Source: an uncultured delta proteobacterium
Lineage (GTDB): Bacteria > Desulfobacterota > Desulfomonilia > UBA1062
Length of the DNA: 64,000 nucleotides
NCBI GenBank assembly: GCA_963752595.1
Contig: CAVVYZ010000017.1
Coordinates: forward strand, 224,001-288,000
Direction: 5' to 3'
The notes below the pieces were generated by a model. It saw nothing but the letters and a program-made list of their open reading frames with translations, was not told the origin of the DNA and made no database searches. Below are positions 1-13,923 of the stretch, piece after piece; within the stretch, counting starts at the first letter, position 1; each line of letters opens with the position of its first letter. The position numbers were made by a program, and so were the translations under genes.

Positions 1-341
1 GAATCTTTTACGAGGTAATCGCAGATCCCTTCCTTGAGGGCTTTCACAATCTTTTTTGTCGAAGCCTGGGCGGTAATCAGAACAAGGGGGGGCAGGACGT
101 TTCTTTTCTTCACCTTCCAGAAGAGTTCCAGCCCGGACAAATCAGGCAACCCAATGTCCGCAACTACAAGATCGAATGATTCATCGGGGTTCTTGAGGAT
201 GGATAGTGCCTCATCTGCACGGGTAGACTCGATTATCTCGCAGGACAGGCTGCTTTTTTTCATGGCGAGCTGGAATACCAGGCGGTCATGATCGATGTTT
301 TCAATGAGAAGGATGCGAAGCATGTTTTTCGGTGTAGTCAT
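1..341 (-). CDS. Response regulator, N-terminal receiver domain (runs off window edge)
   Basis: Manual translation MTTPKNMLRILLIENIDHDRLVF...FDLVVADIGLPDLSGLEL...LVLITAQ...ALKEGICDYLVKD, a typical REC domain. Confidence 0.85.
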   Translation of the reverse strand, partial: MTTPKNMLRILLIENIDHDRLVFQLAMKKSSLSCEIIESTRADEALSILKNPDESFDLVVADIGLPDLSGLELFWKVKKRNVLPPLVLITAQASTKKIVKALKEGICDYLVKD

Positions 342-655
342 CTGCTCTCACGTGCGCCCCTTTTTCTTAGTGCGTGTTTCGTCCTTTCCCTCATGGCCCG
401 GCCGCTCACCTCTGATCTTTAAGAAAAACTTCTCCGGTATGAAGCATGATCCCCCTAAAGCTTTTATGGCCGGATGCCTGTCTGTACATACCATTCAATG
501 TGTATATCAACCCTGAATGTTGCTGACCTGCGCTGGGTGCCGCTTCTGAAGTACGAAAGTTACCGCAAGATACGAATTTTCTGTCTCTATCACGGATCTT
601 TCTTCATGGCAAAGGGAAAAATTGGACAATACAGATGGCTTTATCACCAAAGGAT

Positions 656-1678
656 TCATGAATCCACGAACACTCCCGGAATCTCCCGACCGCAAGTAGA
701 ACAGCGGCCATGCTCCATGTGCATCTCCATTATTCCGGTACCATACTGTCTTTTCAAGACGGTCTTCCGGCAGTTCGGGCAGGTGATGTCCATGGATTCA
801 CCCGGAATGTTGCCGGTATAGACAAAGAGAAGCCCTTGGGCTTTGCCGATTTCATAGGCTTCGAGCATCTTCTCAAGCGGGGTGGACCCGGTGCCGGTTG
901 CCTTGTATGAGGGGAAGAACCTGCTTATATGCCAGGGAATAGCAGGGTCGATACGTGCGATGAATGAGGCGATATCCGTAAGCTCCTCCCGGCTGTCATT
1001 GGAGCCAGGGACGATGAGTGTGGTAATCTCGATCCAGATATCGCTTTCCCCCACCATCCGGATCATATCGAGAACAGGCTGCAGCCGGGCTTTGCATGTG
1101 CTCCGGTAGAATTTATCACGAAAAGATTTGAGGTCGATATTGCAGGCATCGAGATGTGGATGGATAACCTCCAGGGCTTCCTGTGTCATATATCCGTTGG
1201 ATACGAAGATATTATATAAGCCGTTTTCATGTGCCATTCGTGCGGTATCGAAGGCATACTCGAAGAAGATCGTCGGCTCGGTATAGGTATAGGAAATGCT
1301 TTTGCACTCCAAGGCCTTGGTATTCTCGATAATCTCTTCAGGGCTGAGCCTGAAAACAGGCACCTGATCTCCTTTTTCCTTTGAGACTTGGGAAATTCTC
1401 CAGTTCTGGCAGAAGTCGCAACGGAAATTGCAGCCGAAAGCTGCTATGGAAAAGGTGTTCGTACCCGGGAGAAAGTGGTAGAGGGGTTTCTTCTCCACCG
1501 GGTCGACGTTTGCGGCAACCGCTTCGCCGTAGACATAGGTATACAGAATCCCTGCCTGATTTTGGCGAACCCCGCAAACGCCATACCTCTGGTCTGCGAT
1601 CCTGCACCGATGGCTGCACAGGCAGCAGTCGACCTTTTCCCCCTCATCCCGGGTATACAGCATTGCCTCGTGGAGCAT
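656..1678 (-). CDS. amrS: AmmeMemoRadiSam system radical SAM enzyme
   Basis: N-terminal CxxCxxxC/CGVR, DPVEKKPLYHF, GCNFRCDFCQNWRISQ, YTYTEP, C-terminal CPNC/CSTCG. Confidence 0.9.
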   Translation of the reverse strand: MLHEAMLYTRDEGEKVDCCLCSHRCRIADQRYGVCGVRQNQAGILYTYVYGEAVAANVDPVEKKPLYHFLPGTNTFSIAAFGCNFRCDFCQNWRISQVSKEKGDQVPVFRLSPEEIIENTKALECKSISYTYTEPTIFFEYAFDTARMAHENGLYNIFVSNGYMTQEALEVIHPHLDACNIDLKSFRDKFYRSTCKARLQPVLDMIRMVGESDIWIEITTLIVPGSNDSREELTDIASFIARIDPAIPWHISRFFPSYKATGTGSTPLEKMLEAYEIGKAQGLLFVYTGNIPGESMDITCPNCRKTVLKRQYGTGIMEMHMEHGRCSTCGREIPGVFVDS

Positions 1679-1829
1679 TGCCTGTCTCCTTTACTTCCCC
1701 AAGGGAGTACATGAGCCCTTTGATTAATAATAAGGGGACAGATCCACTTTCCCATTTCCCAATATTTTCAGATAGTAGAGGGGTATACCGATTCGCGGCT
1801 ATTCGGCCCGGGGGCTGCAGAAAGAACTT

Positions 1830-2423
1830 TTAGAGTGCCACGAGGATGGCGGAGGACGGGATAACGCCTTCCCTGACGATGACTGGCGGCCAGGTGGTAA
1901 GGTCAATAAGTGTCGAGGGTTTCCCTCCCGGTGTCTGCCCGCCATCGAGGATTGCATCGATATCGAGGTTTCCGGCAGCGATTTCTTCCGGCGTGGTTGC
2001 AGGAGCTGTCCCTGAAGGGTTGGCAGAGGTTGAGGTAATGGGGCCGGCTGCCCTCGTGAGTGCAAGGGCCAGGGGATGGGGAGAAATGCGTAAGCCGACC
2101 TTTCCTCCCGGGGCAATGAGCGGATCGATTGTCTCTCTTGCCGGGAGCAGTGCGCTCAAGGGGCCGGGCCAGAAACGCCCCAGGAACTCTTTCTGCCGTT
2201 CATCAATCCCGGCTATGGCACATGCAGATTCCACATCGGGAACGAGCACGATCATGCCCTTGGAAGCATCCCTTCTCTTGGCGTTCACGATCCGCAGCAC
2301 CCCGTCGTGATCATCGATGCGTGATCCCAGGCCGTAGAAGGTTTCCGTTGGGTAGGCGACAACCGAACCGTGCCTGTGAATAAGGATGGATGCTATTTCG
2401 GATGCATCAGGGGTGATATGCAT
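1830..2423 (-). CDS. tsaC: L-threonylcarbamoyladenylate synthase (Sua5/YrdC)
   Basis: YPTETFYGL, KRR, FWPGPL, TSANPSG motifs. Confidence 0.92.
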   Translation of the reverse strand: MHITPDASEIASILIHRHGSVVAYPTETFYGLGSRIDDHDGVLRIVNAKRRDASKGMIVLVPDVESACAIAGIDERQKEFLGRFWPGPLSALLPARETIDPLIAPGGKVGLRISPHPLALALTRAAGPITSTSANPSGTAPATTPEEIAAGNLDIDAILDGGQTPGGKPSTLIDLTTWPPVIVREGVIPSSAILVAL

Positions 2424-2425
2424 CT

Positions 2426-2914
2426 TTAGAGCTTCTTGATACTCTCGTCCGCTTCCAGTACGGTCTTCTTCATGTCCTTCCGGTACATGATGAGCTTCTC
2501 CTGAAGGCCGGGCTGGGCAAGCGAGAGAATTTCCACTGCCAAGAGGCCTGCATTTTTTGCACCGGCCTTGCCGATCCCCATGGTTGCAACAGGGATTCCT
2601 GGAGGCATCTGGACCATCGAGAGCAGGGCATCCATGCCGTTTAAAGATGAAGAATCGATGGGAACGGCAATGACCGGCAGTGTGGTATGCGCAGCGATCA
2701 CACCTGCCAGGTGGGCCGACATGCCTGCGCCTGCTATGAGGAGGGAGAAGCCGTCATCGTGCGCGGTTCTGCTGAAATCCGCAACCTCGTCCGGCGTCCG
2801 ATGGGCCGAGAGGATCCGCATTTCAAATGGTATGCCGAACTGGCGCAAAATAGCGGAGCACTCTTCCATGACCGGGAGGTCCGATTTGCTTCCCATGAGA
2901 ATGGCTACTTTCAT
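2426..2914 (-). CDS. purE: N5-carboxyaminoimidazole ribonucleotide mutase
   Basis: MGSKSD, SAHRTP, AGMSAHLAG, QMPPGIPVAT. Confidence 0.97.
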   Translation of the reverse strand: MKVAILMGSKSDLPVMEECSAILRQFGIPFEMRILSAHRTPDEVADFSRTAHDDGFSLLIAGAGMSAHLAGVIAAHTTLPVIAVPIDSSSLNGMDALLSMVQMPPGIPVATMGIGKAGAKNAGLLAVEILSLAQPGLQEKLIMYRKDMKKTVLEADESIKKL

Positions 2915-2923
2915 GCCAACCTC

Positions 2924-4197
<1,274 letters not shown>

Positions 4198-4209
4198 GGG
4201 AGCTCTCCC

Positions 4210-5785
4210 CTAGTGCCTGAAGTGGCGCATACCGGTAAAGATCATGGCCATATCTGTGCTCGTTCGCTGCATCGATGACTTCCTGGTCCCTCACCGAGCC
4301 TCCCGGCTGGACAACCGCAGTAGCTCCTGCCTTGGCAGCCTCGTCGATGCCGTCCCTGAACGGGAAGAACGCATCGGAGGCAACCACGGAGCCTTTCGTG
4401 GAAAGGCCTGCATTGGCGGCCTTTATCGATGGCGAGCGCGAGGAGTCCACCCTGCTCATCTGTCCGGCACCGACGCCGATGAGCTGATCTTTGGTGGCAT
4501 AGATGACGGCATTCGATTTGACGTATTTCACGATCTTCCAGGCGAATTTCAGGGCCTCCATCTCTTCAGCGGTGGGTGCGCGCTTGGTGACCACCTGTGC
4601 CTTTTCCAGATCGATGTCTCCCAGGTCGCGGTCCTGCAGCAGAAGGCCACCGGTAACCCTGCGGATGAATCAGTCTGTTTTTTGCTGACCCCCTTGCGTA
4701 ATGTCGGGAACCTTCAGAAGCCGGATATTTTTCTTCTGGCGTCGAGGATGGCCAGAGCTTCCTTTGTATAGTCGGGTGCAATGACCACCTCGGTGAACAC
4801 ATCGCCGATAGCCCTGGCAGTATCGGCATCCACGGTCCTGTTCAGGCCCACGATACCGCCGAAGGCGGAGACTGTATCCACGGAAATGCATTTTTGTATG
4901 CATCTGCGAGCGATTTCTCCGACTGGGCGGCGCCGCAGGGATTGCGAATGCTTCAGGATCACGCATGCCGGATTATCGAATTCCATGATGAGATCGAGTG
5001 CGGCGTCGGCGTCCATGATGTTGTTGTACGAGAGCTCCTTTCCCCAGAGCTGTTCCGCATTGGAAATGGAAGGCTGGTCACGGACGTTCGCTGTAGAAGG
5101 CTGCCTTCTGGTGCGGGTTCTCTCCATAGCGCATGATCTGCCTGCGCTTGTACTGCACCGTATAGGTCAGCGGGAAACTGCCCTTCCTCCACATCGATGC
5201 CCTGAAGGTAATTGGATATGGCCGCATCATAGCGGGCGGTCAGCGAGAAGGCGTTCCGTGGCAAGCTCGAAATTGGTCTTCTCGCTGACGGAGCCGCCGG
5301 TGCTCTTCATCTCTTCGATGATGCTTCGCATAGTCGGCCAGGATCGGTGACCACGGACACATATTTATAATTTTTCGATGCTGCCCGTCACCATGGCAGG
5401 CCCGCCGATATCGATATTCTCGATGGCGTGTTCCAGCGATGCGCCTTTGGCAACCGTCTCCTCGAAGCGGTACAGGTTGACCACGAGCATGTCGATGGGC
5501 TTGATGCCCTGCTTTTTCATGGACTCAACATGCTCGGCATTATCTCTGATGGCGAGCATGCCGCCATGGACCTTGGGATGCAGGGTCTTCAGCCTGCCGT
5601 CCATCATTTCCGGGAACCCGGTAAAGTCGGAGATGTCGACGACCTTGATGCCGTTTTCCTGCAAGACCTTGGCTGTTCCGCCGGTGGAGATGATTTCAAC
5701 GCCGAATGATGCAAGTTCCTTAACAAAATCGGCGAGTCCCCCCTTATCGGTAACACTGATCAATGCCCTGTCCAATTTTCGGCAT
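4210..5785 (-). CDS. purH: Bifunctional AICAR transformylase/IMP cyclohydrolase (frameshifted)
   Basis: [70 protein letters not shown], terminal RHFRH. Confidence 0.95.
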
Positions 5786-5841
5786 AATTGCTCCTTTCGC
5801 AGATGTATTCAAAAAGAGAATAACAGGCGGTTAATGAAGAA

Positions 5842-6432
5842 TTAATTGTTACTCGCCCCGTTAAACCCCACTCTTTGCATATAATACCAGGTAAGGAACG
5901 GGACTATCCTCTCAAAAAGCCCCGATATCAAGATAGCCGATGTGTCTCAACGTGGTTCTTCACCTCTTCACCGGAAATATCGCCCGAGATCATCCCGTCC
6001 CTCAGGCGGGTGATCCTGTAAAAGAGCCTGTCTCTCATGGATGCGTCTTCGACACAGTGCGGATACGTACCGGCTCATTTCAGCAAAAAGGCTCTCCATA
6101 TCCATGAGGCCCGGCGTGCTGGTGCTCTCGGACTCCAGTTCATCGATCAGGGAAGAAAGGAACGATCTGGCATCCTCCAGACCCAGCCTGTACGTCTCTT
6201 CAACGACGATCTCCCCAAATCTTCCAGGAACGAGGTAGTAAAATTCGATGGCATGGAATTCCTGAACATAGGGATGTTCATCGCCCAGGATCTTGGCAAG
6301 GATGGAATCGGCCCTTTCCTTCCAATCAAGGCTTGGCTCCTTTTCGAGAGGGTCCATCAGCAGACCGTTCACTTCTTCGAACAGGTCCTTGATAAGGACT
6401 ATATATTTGCTGATGCTGCGATTCATTTTCAT
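5842..6432 (-). CDS. Hypothetical protein (C-terminus probably frameshifted)
   Basis: ORF 5968..6468 plus a plausible continuation in other frames to a TAA at 5842; no family recognised. Confidence 0.55.
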
Positions 6433-6507
6433 GATGCTATCATACACACCGAGACGGGATACGGTCAAGCCTGTTCATTGGGTTCGATTCATGATACTAT
6501 AACTTTT

Positions 6508-7218
6508 ATGTGCCATGAAAATATCGAGTATTTACTCAGAGACAAAGACGTGCTGAAGGAACATATCAGGAGTATTTTGAGCTCGCGCCGGAGGAAGGTG
6601 ATTCCCAGGGGAGACTTGAGGGAGTCGGCAGTCCTCCTTCCCCTTTCCTGGGAAGGAGACGAGCCGTCGATTCTCGTTACCAAGCGATCCATGACCGTCG
6701 AGCATCATAAGGGGGAAATATCCTTTCCTGGAGGAAGGGCGGAGGAAATCGACAAGGACCTCATTTTCACCGCACTGCGGGAGGCGGAAGAGGAGATCGG
6801 GCTTCAACCGGATGACGTAGAGATCCTGGGCCTTCTGGATGACCATATCTCCATTGTCGGGTTCCATATCACCCCCGTGGTCGGCGCCGTCCCCAACCCC
6901 TATACTTACACGATCAACTCGGAATCCGAGGTTCTGCTGTGCATTCCCCTCTCGGCAGCCTTGAGCGATACGGCATGGATGGCCGAGAAGACAACCTTCA
7001 TGGGCAGAGAGATTCATATTTATTATCTGGAAATCGATGGGGGTGTCGTCTGGGGAGCGACCGGCAGGATGATCAAGCACTTTGCAGACCTCATAGCAGG
7101 AAAGACCATGCCCTTCTCGGCCGTATCGCAGAAGGCAAAATCCTGGGTGCGGGATCTCCTGGTGCAGCAGGCAGGATACAGCAAGGAGTCAGAGTTCAGG
7201 AATCAGGGCTCAGAGTAA
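6508..7218 (+). CDS. Nudix CoA pyrophosphatase
   Basis: ESAVLLP, TKRS..HKGEISFPGG, TALREAEEEIG Nudix box, VWGATG; ATG at 6508 more likely than the ORF-track start at 6037. Confidence 0.88.
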   Translation: MCHENIEYLLRDKDVLKEHIRSILSSRRRKVIPRGDLRESAVLLPLSWEGDEPSILVTKRSMTVEHHKGEISFPGGRAEEIDKDLIFTALREAEEEIGLQPDDVEILGLLDDHISIVGFHITPVVGAVPNPYTYTINSESEVLLCIPLSAALSDTAWMAEKTTFMGREIHIYYLEIDGGVVWGATGRMIKHFADLIAGKTMPFSAVSQKAKSWVRDLLVQQAGYSKESEFRNQGSE

Positions 7219-7549
7219 GTAGGGCGGCGTGACATCGGAATGCTGGGGCGGCCCATGCTGCAATGGGTATTTTTTGTTTCCGGGAGAAGACACGCTTTTC
7301 TTGACGAAGAGATGCCGCTCAAGAGCTTATATTTAGTGATATCAAACAATTCCTTAAGTGATACTCTATTATTCCGATGAAGATGTGTATGGAGAGGCGC
7401 TGGGATACGCGATAGGCCGGATTCCTTGGAGGGCTAACCGCTTTGAAGAGCGTCATCTATAAAGAGAAGAGAGCCGCGCAAGGCTGGTTCTCCGGTATCT
7501 CCGGCATCTCCATGATTTTCACCTCGCTATGGATCTTCCGGTCAGAATC

Positions 7550-8412
7550 TCATAAGCCGCCAGATATTTCTGAGATGTCTTCTGAATGACCTCTTCGGGC
7601 AGTTTCGGGCCCGGGAGCTGTCTTGTTCCAGGCAAGGGTTTCCAGATAGTCTCTCACGAACTGTTTGTCGAAGCTGGGCTGAGGTCCGCCCGGCTTATAG
7701 ACGTCCTTGGGCCAGAAACTTGAAGAGTCAGGAGTCAGGGCTTCATCTATGAATATCAGCTCGCCATCCATGATCCCGAATTCGAACTTCGTATCTGCAA
7801 TGATGATACCCTTCTTCAGTGCGTGTTCGGATGCCATCTTATAGATGGCGAGCGAGATGTCCCGGACCTCTTCATGAGGCTTTCCCCCACGAGATCTTTT
7901 GCCTGTCTCGAAGCTGATGTTTTCATCATGCTGCCCCTGCTCGGCCTTGGTGGACGGTGTAAAGATAGGCTCCGGAAGCTTGTCCGATTCCTTCATGCCC
8001 TTAGGAAGCCTATCCCGGAGATGGAGCCGCTGCTTTGATATTCCTTCCATCCCGAGCCCGAGATATAGCCTCGCACGATACATTCGACCGGCAGCGGCTT
8101 TGACTTTTTACCAGCATGGACCTTCCCTTGAGCCGCGCATCTCCTTTGAAGGGATCAGGATATTTATTCACGTCCGAGCGTCAGACATGATTCTCGATGA
8201 GGTGGAGGCCTATCCTGAACCAGAAGAGAGAGATCTGATTCAATACATGACCCTTTGCCGGGATAGGATCGGGCAGGACGACATCGAAGGCCGAGATGCT
8301 GATCTGTGGTCACAATCAGGAGATGGTCCTTGTCTGCCTCGAATATTTCCCGTACTTTTCCGCTGCCGATTTATTTTACTGCCGGGGATCGTATAATCGA
8401 CAAGGTTTCCAT
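7550..8412 (-). CDS. purC: SAICAR synthase (frameshifted)
   Basis: [48 protein letters not shown]; RBS GGAG before ATG at 8412. Confidence 0.9.
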
Positions 8413-8639
8413 AACTCCTCCTCTGTGGAAAAGTAAGGCGGATAAGATGCCAAAAAAGTATTGAAAAAGTCAATAGCCTAGTATAAATTGTGCTGCCCTT
8501 ATAGGGGAGAAAGCTCGAAGAGCATCTTTAATGCCTGACAGTAGGAAGGCTTGCGGGATGAAAGCCGATGCATAATGTCCTTGAGTTTTCTGTTACGGAT
8601 GAATAATACAGTGGTGAATTCACAAGCAACGAGGCAGCA

Positions 8640-10038
8640 ATGTCAGAGATTTCTGAAGGGAATATGCCCGAAGTTCGGAGCGGGCTGGTTTTGCGTGCAT
8701 CAGGTGCGGGCGGCGCTACGATATCTATGATTTCATCTATACCTGTCCTGCTTGCAGATCCCTTCTGAAGATAGAGAATACCTTAAGCTTTGAGAGTACA
8801 AGGATGTTTCCCCTGAAACCTGGAAAGAGACCTTTGATGCCAGGAAGAAACTCGAGCGTTCTGGAACTTTCAGGGCATTTTCCGCTTCCACGAATTGATA
8901 CTGCCCTTTATTCCCGTCTACGGATATCATCTATCTGGGAGAAGGGCAGACTCCGATCGTCAGGGCGAATCCCGAGCTGAGCGAGTGGGTGGGGGCCCCC
9001 TTCCTATGTCAAGAATGACGGCCTCAACCCGTCGGCGAGCTTCAAGGACAGGGGCATGGCGTCTGCCATCAGTTATCCTGAACCATGTCATCCGGGTGAA
9101 AAACCTGGACAATGTTCTCGGCATCTGTGCCTCCACCGGTGATACCTCGGCGGCGGCAGCACTGTACCTGAGCTATCTGCCCAAATCCAAGGTCTCGGCA
9201 GTGGTATTGCTTCCCAAGGGCAAGGTGACCAACCAGCAGCTTTCCCAGCCGCTCGGCTCCGGCGCCCGGGTGATCGAGATGCCGGGCGTCTTCGATGACT
9301 GTATGAGCGTGGTGGAGGAGTTGGCGCAGGATTATCATGTGTTCCTTCTGAATTCCAAGAATCCGGTTCGTATACTTGGGACAGAAATCATATGCCTATG
9401 AGATAGCCCAGCAGATGAGCTGGTCCACCGAAGACCTGGCCGTGATTGTGCCCATCGGGAATGCCGGCAACATCACCGCCGTCATGGAGGGGTTCATGGA
9501 CCTGTACGAGCTGGGCATCATAAAAAAGCTCCCGACTATACTCGGGCGTGCAGAGCCACCATGCCGACCCGGTTTCCCGCTGGCGGAAATCAGGAGAGTT
9601 TGCACCCATGAAGGTGAGCCCGTCCGTCGCGCAGGCTGCCATGATCGGGGATCCCGTCTCATTTCCCAAGGTCAGACAGCTGGTGGAAAGATACTATGAC
9701 GACCGGTTCTTCGTCATATCGGTAACGGAGAACGAGATCATGGAAGGGATGCTCAATGCCAACAGGCACGGCCATGTGGTATGCACCCAGGGAGGGGAAT
9801 CCATAGCGGGGCTGAAACGGGCTTTGAAGGAAGGATGATACCGGATACCGGGCAGTTCGTGGTGGACTCCACCTCGCATCAGCTGAAGTTCGCATCCTTC
9901 CAGCAGATGTATTTCGATGACGGATTTACCCCTGAATACGGCATCATGACGAGAAAGGAGCTTAAGAACAGCCCGATCACGCTTGAAGGCGGGGCATCGA
10001 CCATAGCCGGATTCCTTGGCCTGAAAAGAAAGAATTAA
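8640..10038 (+). CDS. thrC: Threonine synthase (heavily frameshifted)
   Basis: GEG.TP, KNDGLNPSASFKDRGM, CASTGDTSAAAA, LLNSKNPVRILGQKS, VPIGNAGN, DSTSHQLKF; start approximate. Confidence 0.82.
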
Positions 10039-10142
10039 CGCTGCAGAATATGAAAGAAGCGGTCCCGGGATAAACACAATGTCCGGATGTAATTGGATTT
10101 TATAAATGGTGAATAATTCAAGAACAATAGGAGGGTCAACGC

Positions 10143-11313
10143 ATGAGTGAACAGAAATTTTTTATTTTCTTCCGAGTCAGTAACGGAAGGGCATCCCGAC
10201 AAGGTAGCAGACAACATTTCCGATGCAATACTCGATGATATCATTGCCAATGACAAAAATGCTCATGTGGCATGCGAGACCATGGTTACAACAGGTCTTG
10301 ATAATCGTTTCCGGCGAGATAACCACCACCCATCATATCGATGTGCAGCGCATTGCCCGGCAGACGGTAAAAGAGATCGGTTATACCGAAGCGGTCATGG
10401 GATTCAGCTGGAATACCTGCGGGGTCATGGTGGCCCTCGACCGGCAGTCTCCCGATATCAATCAGGGCGTGCAGGAAGGCGAGGGGCTTTTCAAGGAGCA
10501 GGGGGCCGGCGACCAGGGCATGATGTTCGGGTTTGCCTGTGACGAGACCGATGTGCTCATGCCTGCGCCTATCTACTATGCGCATCACCTCACCAAAGCC
10601 CTGGCCGATACAAGGAAAAGCGGGGTTCTGGAATTCCTGAGACCCGACGGCAAATCACAGGTCAGCGTACAGTATGAGGATGGGAAGCCCAAGCGGATCG
10701 ACAATATCGTCATCGCATCGCAGCACGATGAAGATGTGACATACGACGCCGTCAAAGAAGGCATCATGGAAGAGGTCATCAAGAAGCAGATTCCCGCCTC
10801 CCTGCTGGATAAAAAAACCAAGTACTACATCAATGCCACCGGCCGGTTTCGTGCTCGGCGGGCCCCATGCCGACTGCGGGCTCACCGGCCGTAAGATCAT
10901 CGTGGATACCTACGGCGGATTCGCCAGCCATGGCGGCGGTGCATTTTCCGGCAAAGACCCGTCCAAGGTCGACCGCTCGGCAGCATACATGGCCCGCTAC
11001 GTGGCCAAGAACATCGTTGCGGCAGGGCTGGCCAATAAGTGCGTCGTTCAGCTTGCCTATGCCATCGGCGTTGCAGATCCTGTATCCGTCATGGTGGACA
11101 CCTACGGGACCGGCAAGATCTCTGATGAAAAGCTGGCAGACCTGGTGCGAGAGGTGTTCCCGCTGAAGCCGAAGGGCATCATAGACCAGCTCGATCTTCT
11201 GAGGCCCATCTTCAAGAAGACAGCGGCATATGGCCATTTCGGAAGGACACGAGCCTGAATTTTCCTGGGAAAAGACCGATAAGGTGGATATACTGAAGGA
11301 CAAGGCGGTGTGA
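10143..11313 (+). CDS. metK: S-adenosylmethionine synthetase (frameshifted)
   Basis: [67 protein letters not shown]. Confidence 0.96.
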
Positions 11314-11315
11314 TA

Positions 11316-12773
<1,458 letters not shown>

Positions 12774-12792
12774 GCAGGCGATCAAAAGAAAT

Positions 12793-12830
12793 AAAAGGCT
12801 GTCCTGCCGGCAGAAATGCCGGCGGCCTTT
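12793..12830. terminator. Probable bidirectional intrinsic terminator between convergent ahcY and hydrolase gene
   Basis: AAAAGGC...GCCGGCA-GAAA-TGCCGGC..GCCTTTT hairpin. Confidence 0.55.
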
Positions 12831-12832
12831 CT

Positions 12833-13692
12833 CTACATGCTTATCGATCTATTCGCCGGGCGTCGAGCCAGGTGCGGAGGTCTGCGAGAACTTTGCCCGG
12901 TCAGCCGGGAGCTCGTTATAGACCTCATGCTTGAGGCCCTCGTAGACTTCAGTGTCTTGTCCGTGGCGCCGATGGTTTCAAGCAGATCCTTCTGTCCGGA
13001 AAAGGCGGTATCTTCAGAACCGTGCAGGATGAGCACCGGACTGGTTATGCGCCCTGCATTCGCAGCCGCCGCTCAACAGTAAATTTGTTCATCTCATTCT
13101 GCCAGTCGCGGGGTAATGACGTTATAGACGAGCGGATCGTTTACATATGCCTTCACCACCTCCGGATCCCGGGAGATGAATTCCGGCGGCAGCGGTGATT
13201 TCACATGGATCTTCGGGAGGATATTGGCAAGTACCTTGGTGAGGGCGATGATGAACCTTGCTGATACGCCCGGCTGCCCGGCTGAGAGCCGGTGCCGGAG
13301 AGCACGATGGCCTTGATTCCCTCCGGGAACTGCTCGCATAATTGAGGGTGATAAGGCTGCCCATGGAATGCCCCACGAGTAAGTAGGGGACATCGGGCAA
13401 TGCCGGTTTGATCACCTCGAGTGCGAACTGTTTTTCATCATCGATATAATCCTGGAAGCTCTTCACATGTCCGCGCCTGCCGTCGCTTTTGCCATGGCCC
13501 CGGTGATCCGTTCCGAAGACGGCATAACCGGCCGGAAGCAGCTCATCCACAACGAATTCGCGTAGCGGTTGCGTGTTCCGCATAGCCATGGATGAGGTGG
13601 ATGACTGACTTGGTTTTTCCATCGGGAATCCAGGCCTTCCAGTAGATGGATAACCCGTCTTTGGCATTCAATTTTCCTTCACGAATATTCAT
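12833..13692 (-). CDS. Alpha/beta hydrolase, lysophospholipase/monoacylglycerol lipase family (frameshifted)
   Basis: IHGYAEH, DHRGHGKSDG, GHSMG nucleophile elbow, SRDPEVV.AY..DPL, LILHGSED; 3' end approximate. Confidence 0.85.
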
Positions 13693-13829
13693 GAGATTCC
13701 TCCTTACCCACGCTTTGAAATTACAATTCAATCTGCAATAATAATCTTATTTATGGCATAAAACACTCGCTGAGGACAACCCGGTATTTTCCCTCGGAAT
13801 GCAAAAATGGAAAAGAAATAGAAGATCTA

Positions 13830-13875
13830 TTGACAGTGTTAGTCACAAAGTATATAAGAATGAATGCTCATTCAT
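13830..13875 (+). promoter_or_regulatory. Sigma-70 promoter with overlapping palindromic operator
   Basis: TTGACA(13830-35)-17 nt-TATAAG(13853-58), followed by dyad ATGAATG-CT-CATTCAT (13860-75). Confidence 0.7.
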
Positions 13876-13923
13876 AGGTCAGGGCAATGCTAGTATAACG
13901 ACAATCTTGTAAGGAGGATATAT

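Noticed and set aside
7300-7520. Imperfect inverted repeat (AGATGCCGCTC / GAGCGTCATCT) and short TCTCCGG tandem in the intergenic gap
   Set aside because: Only about 10 matching bases, no target duplication, in an error-rich block; not distinguishable from chance.
10039-10142. SAM or SAH riboswitch before metK-ahcY
   Set aside because: Short AT-rich spacer without the conserved motifs of those classes.
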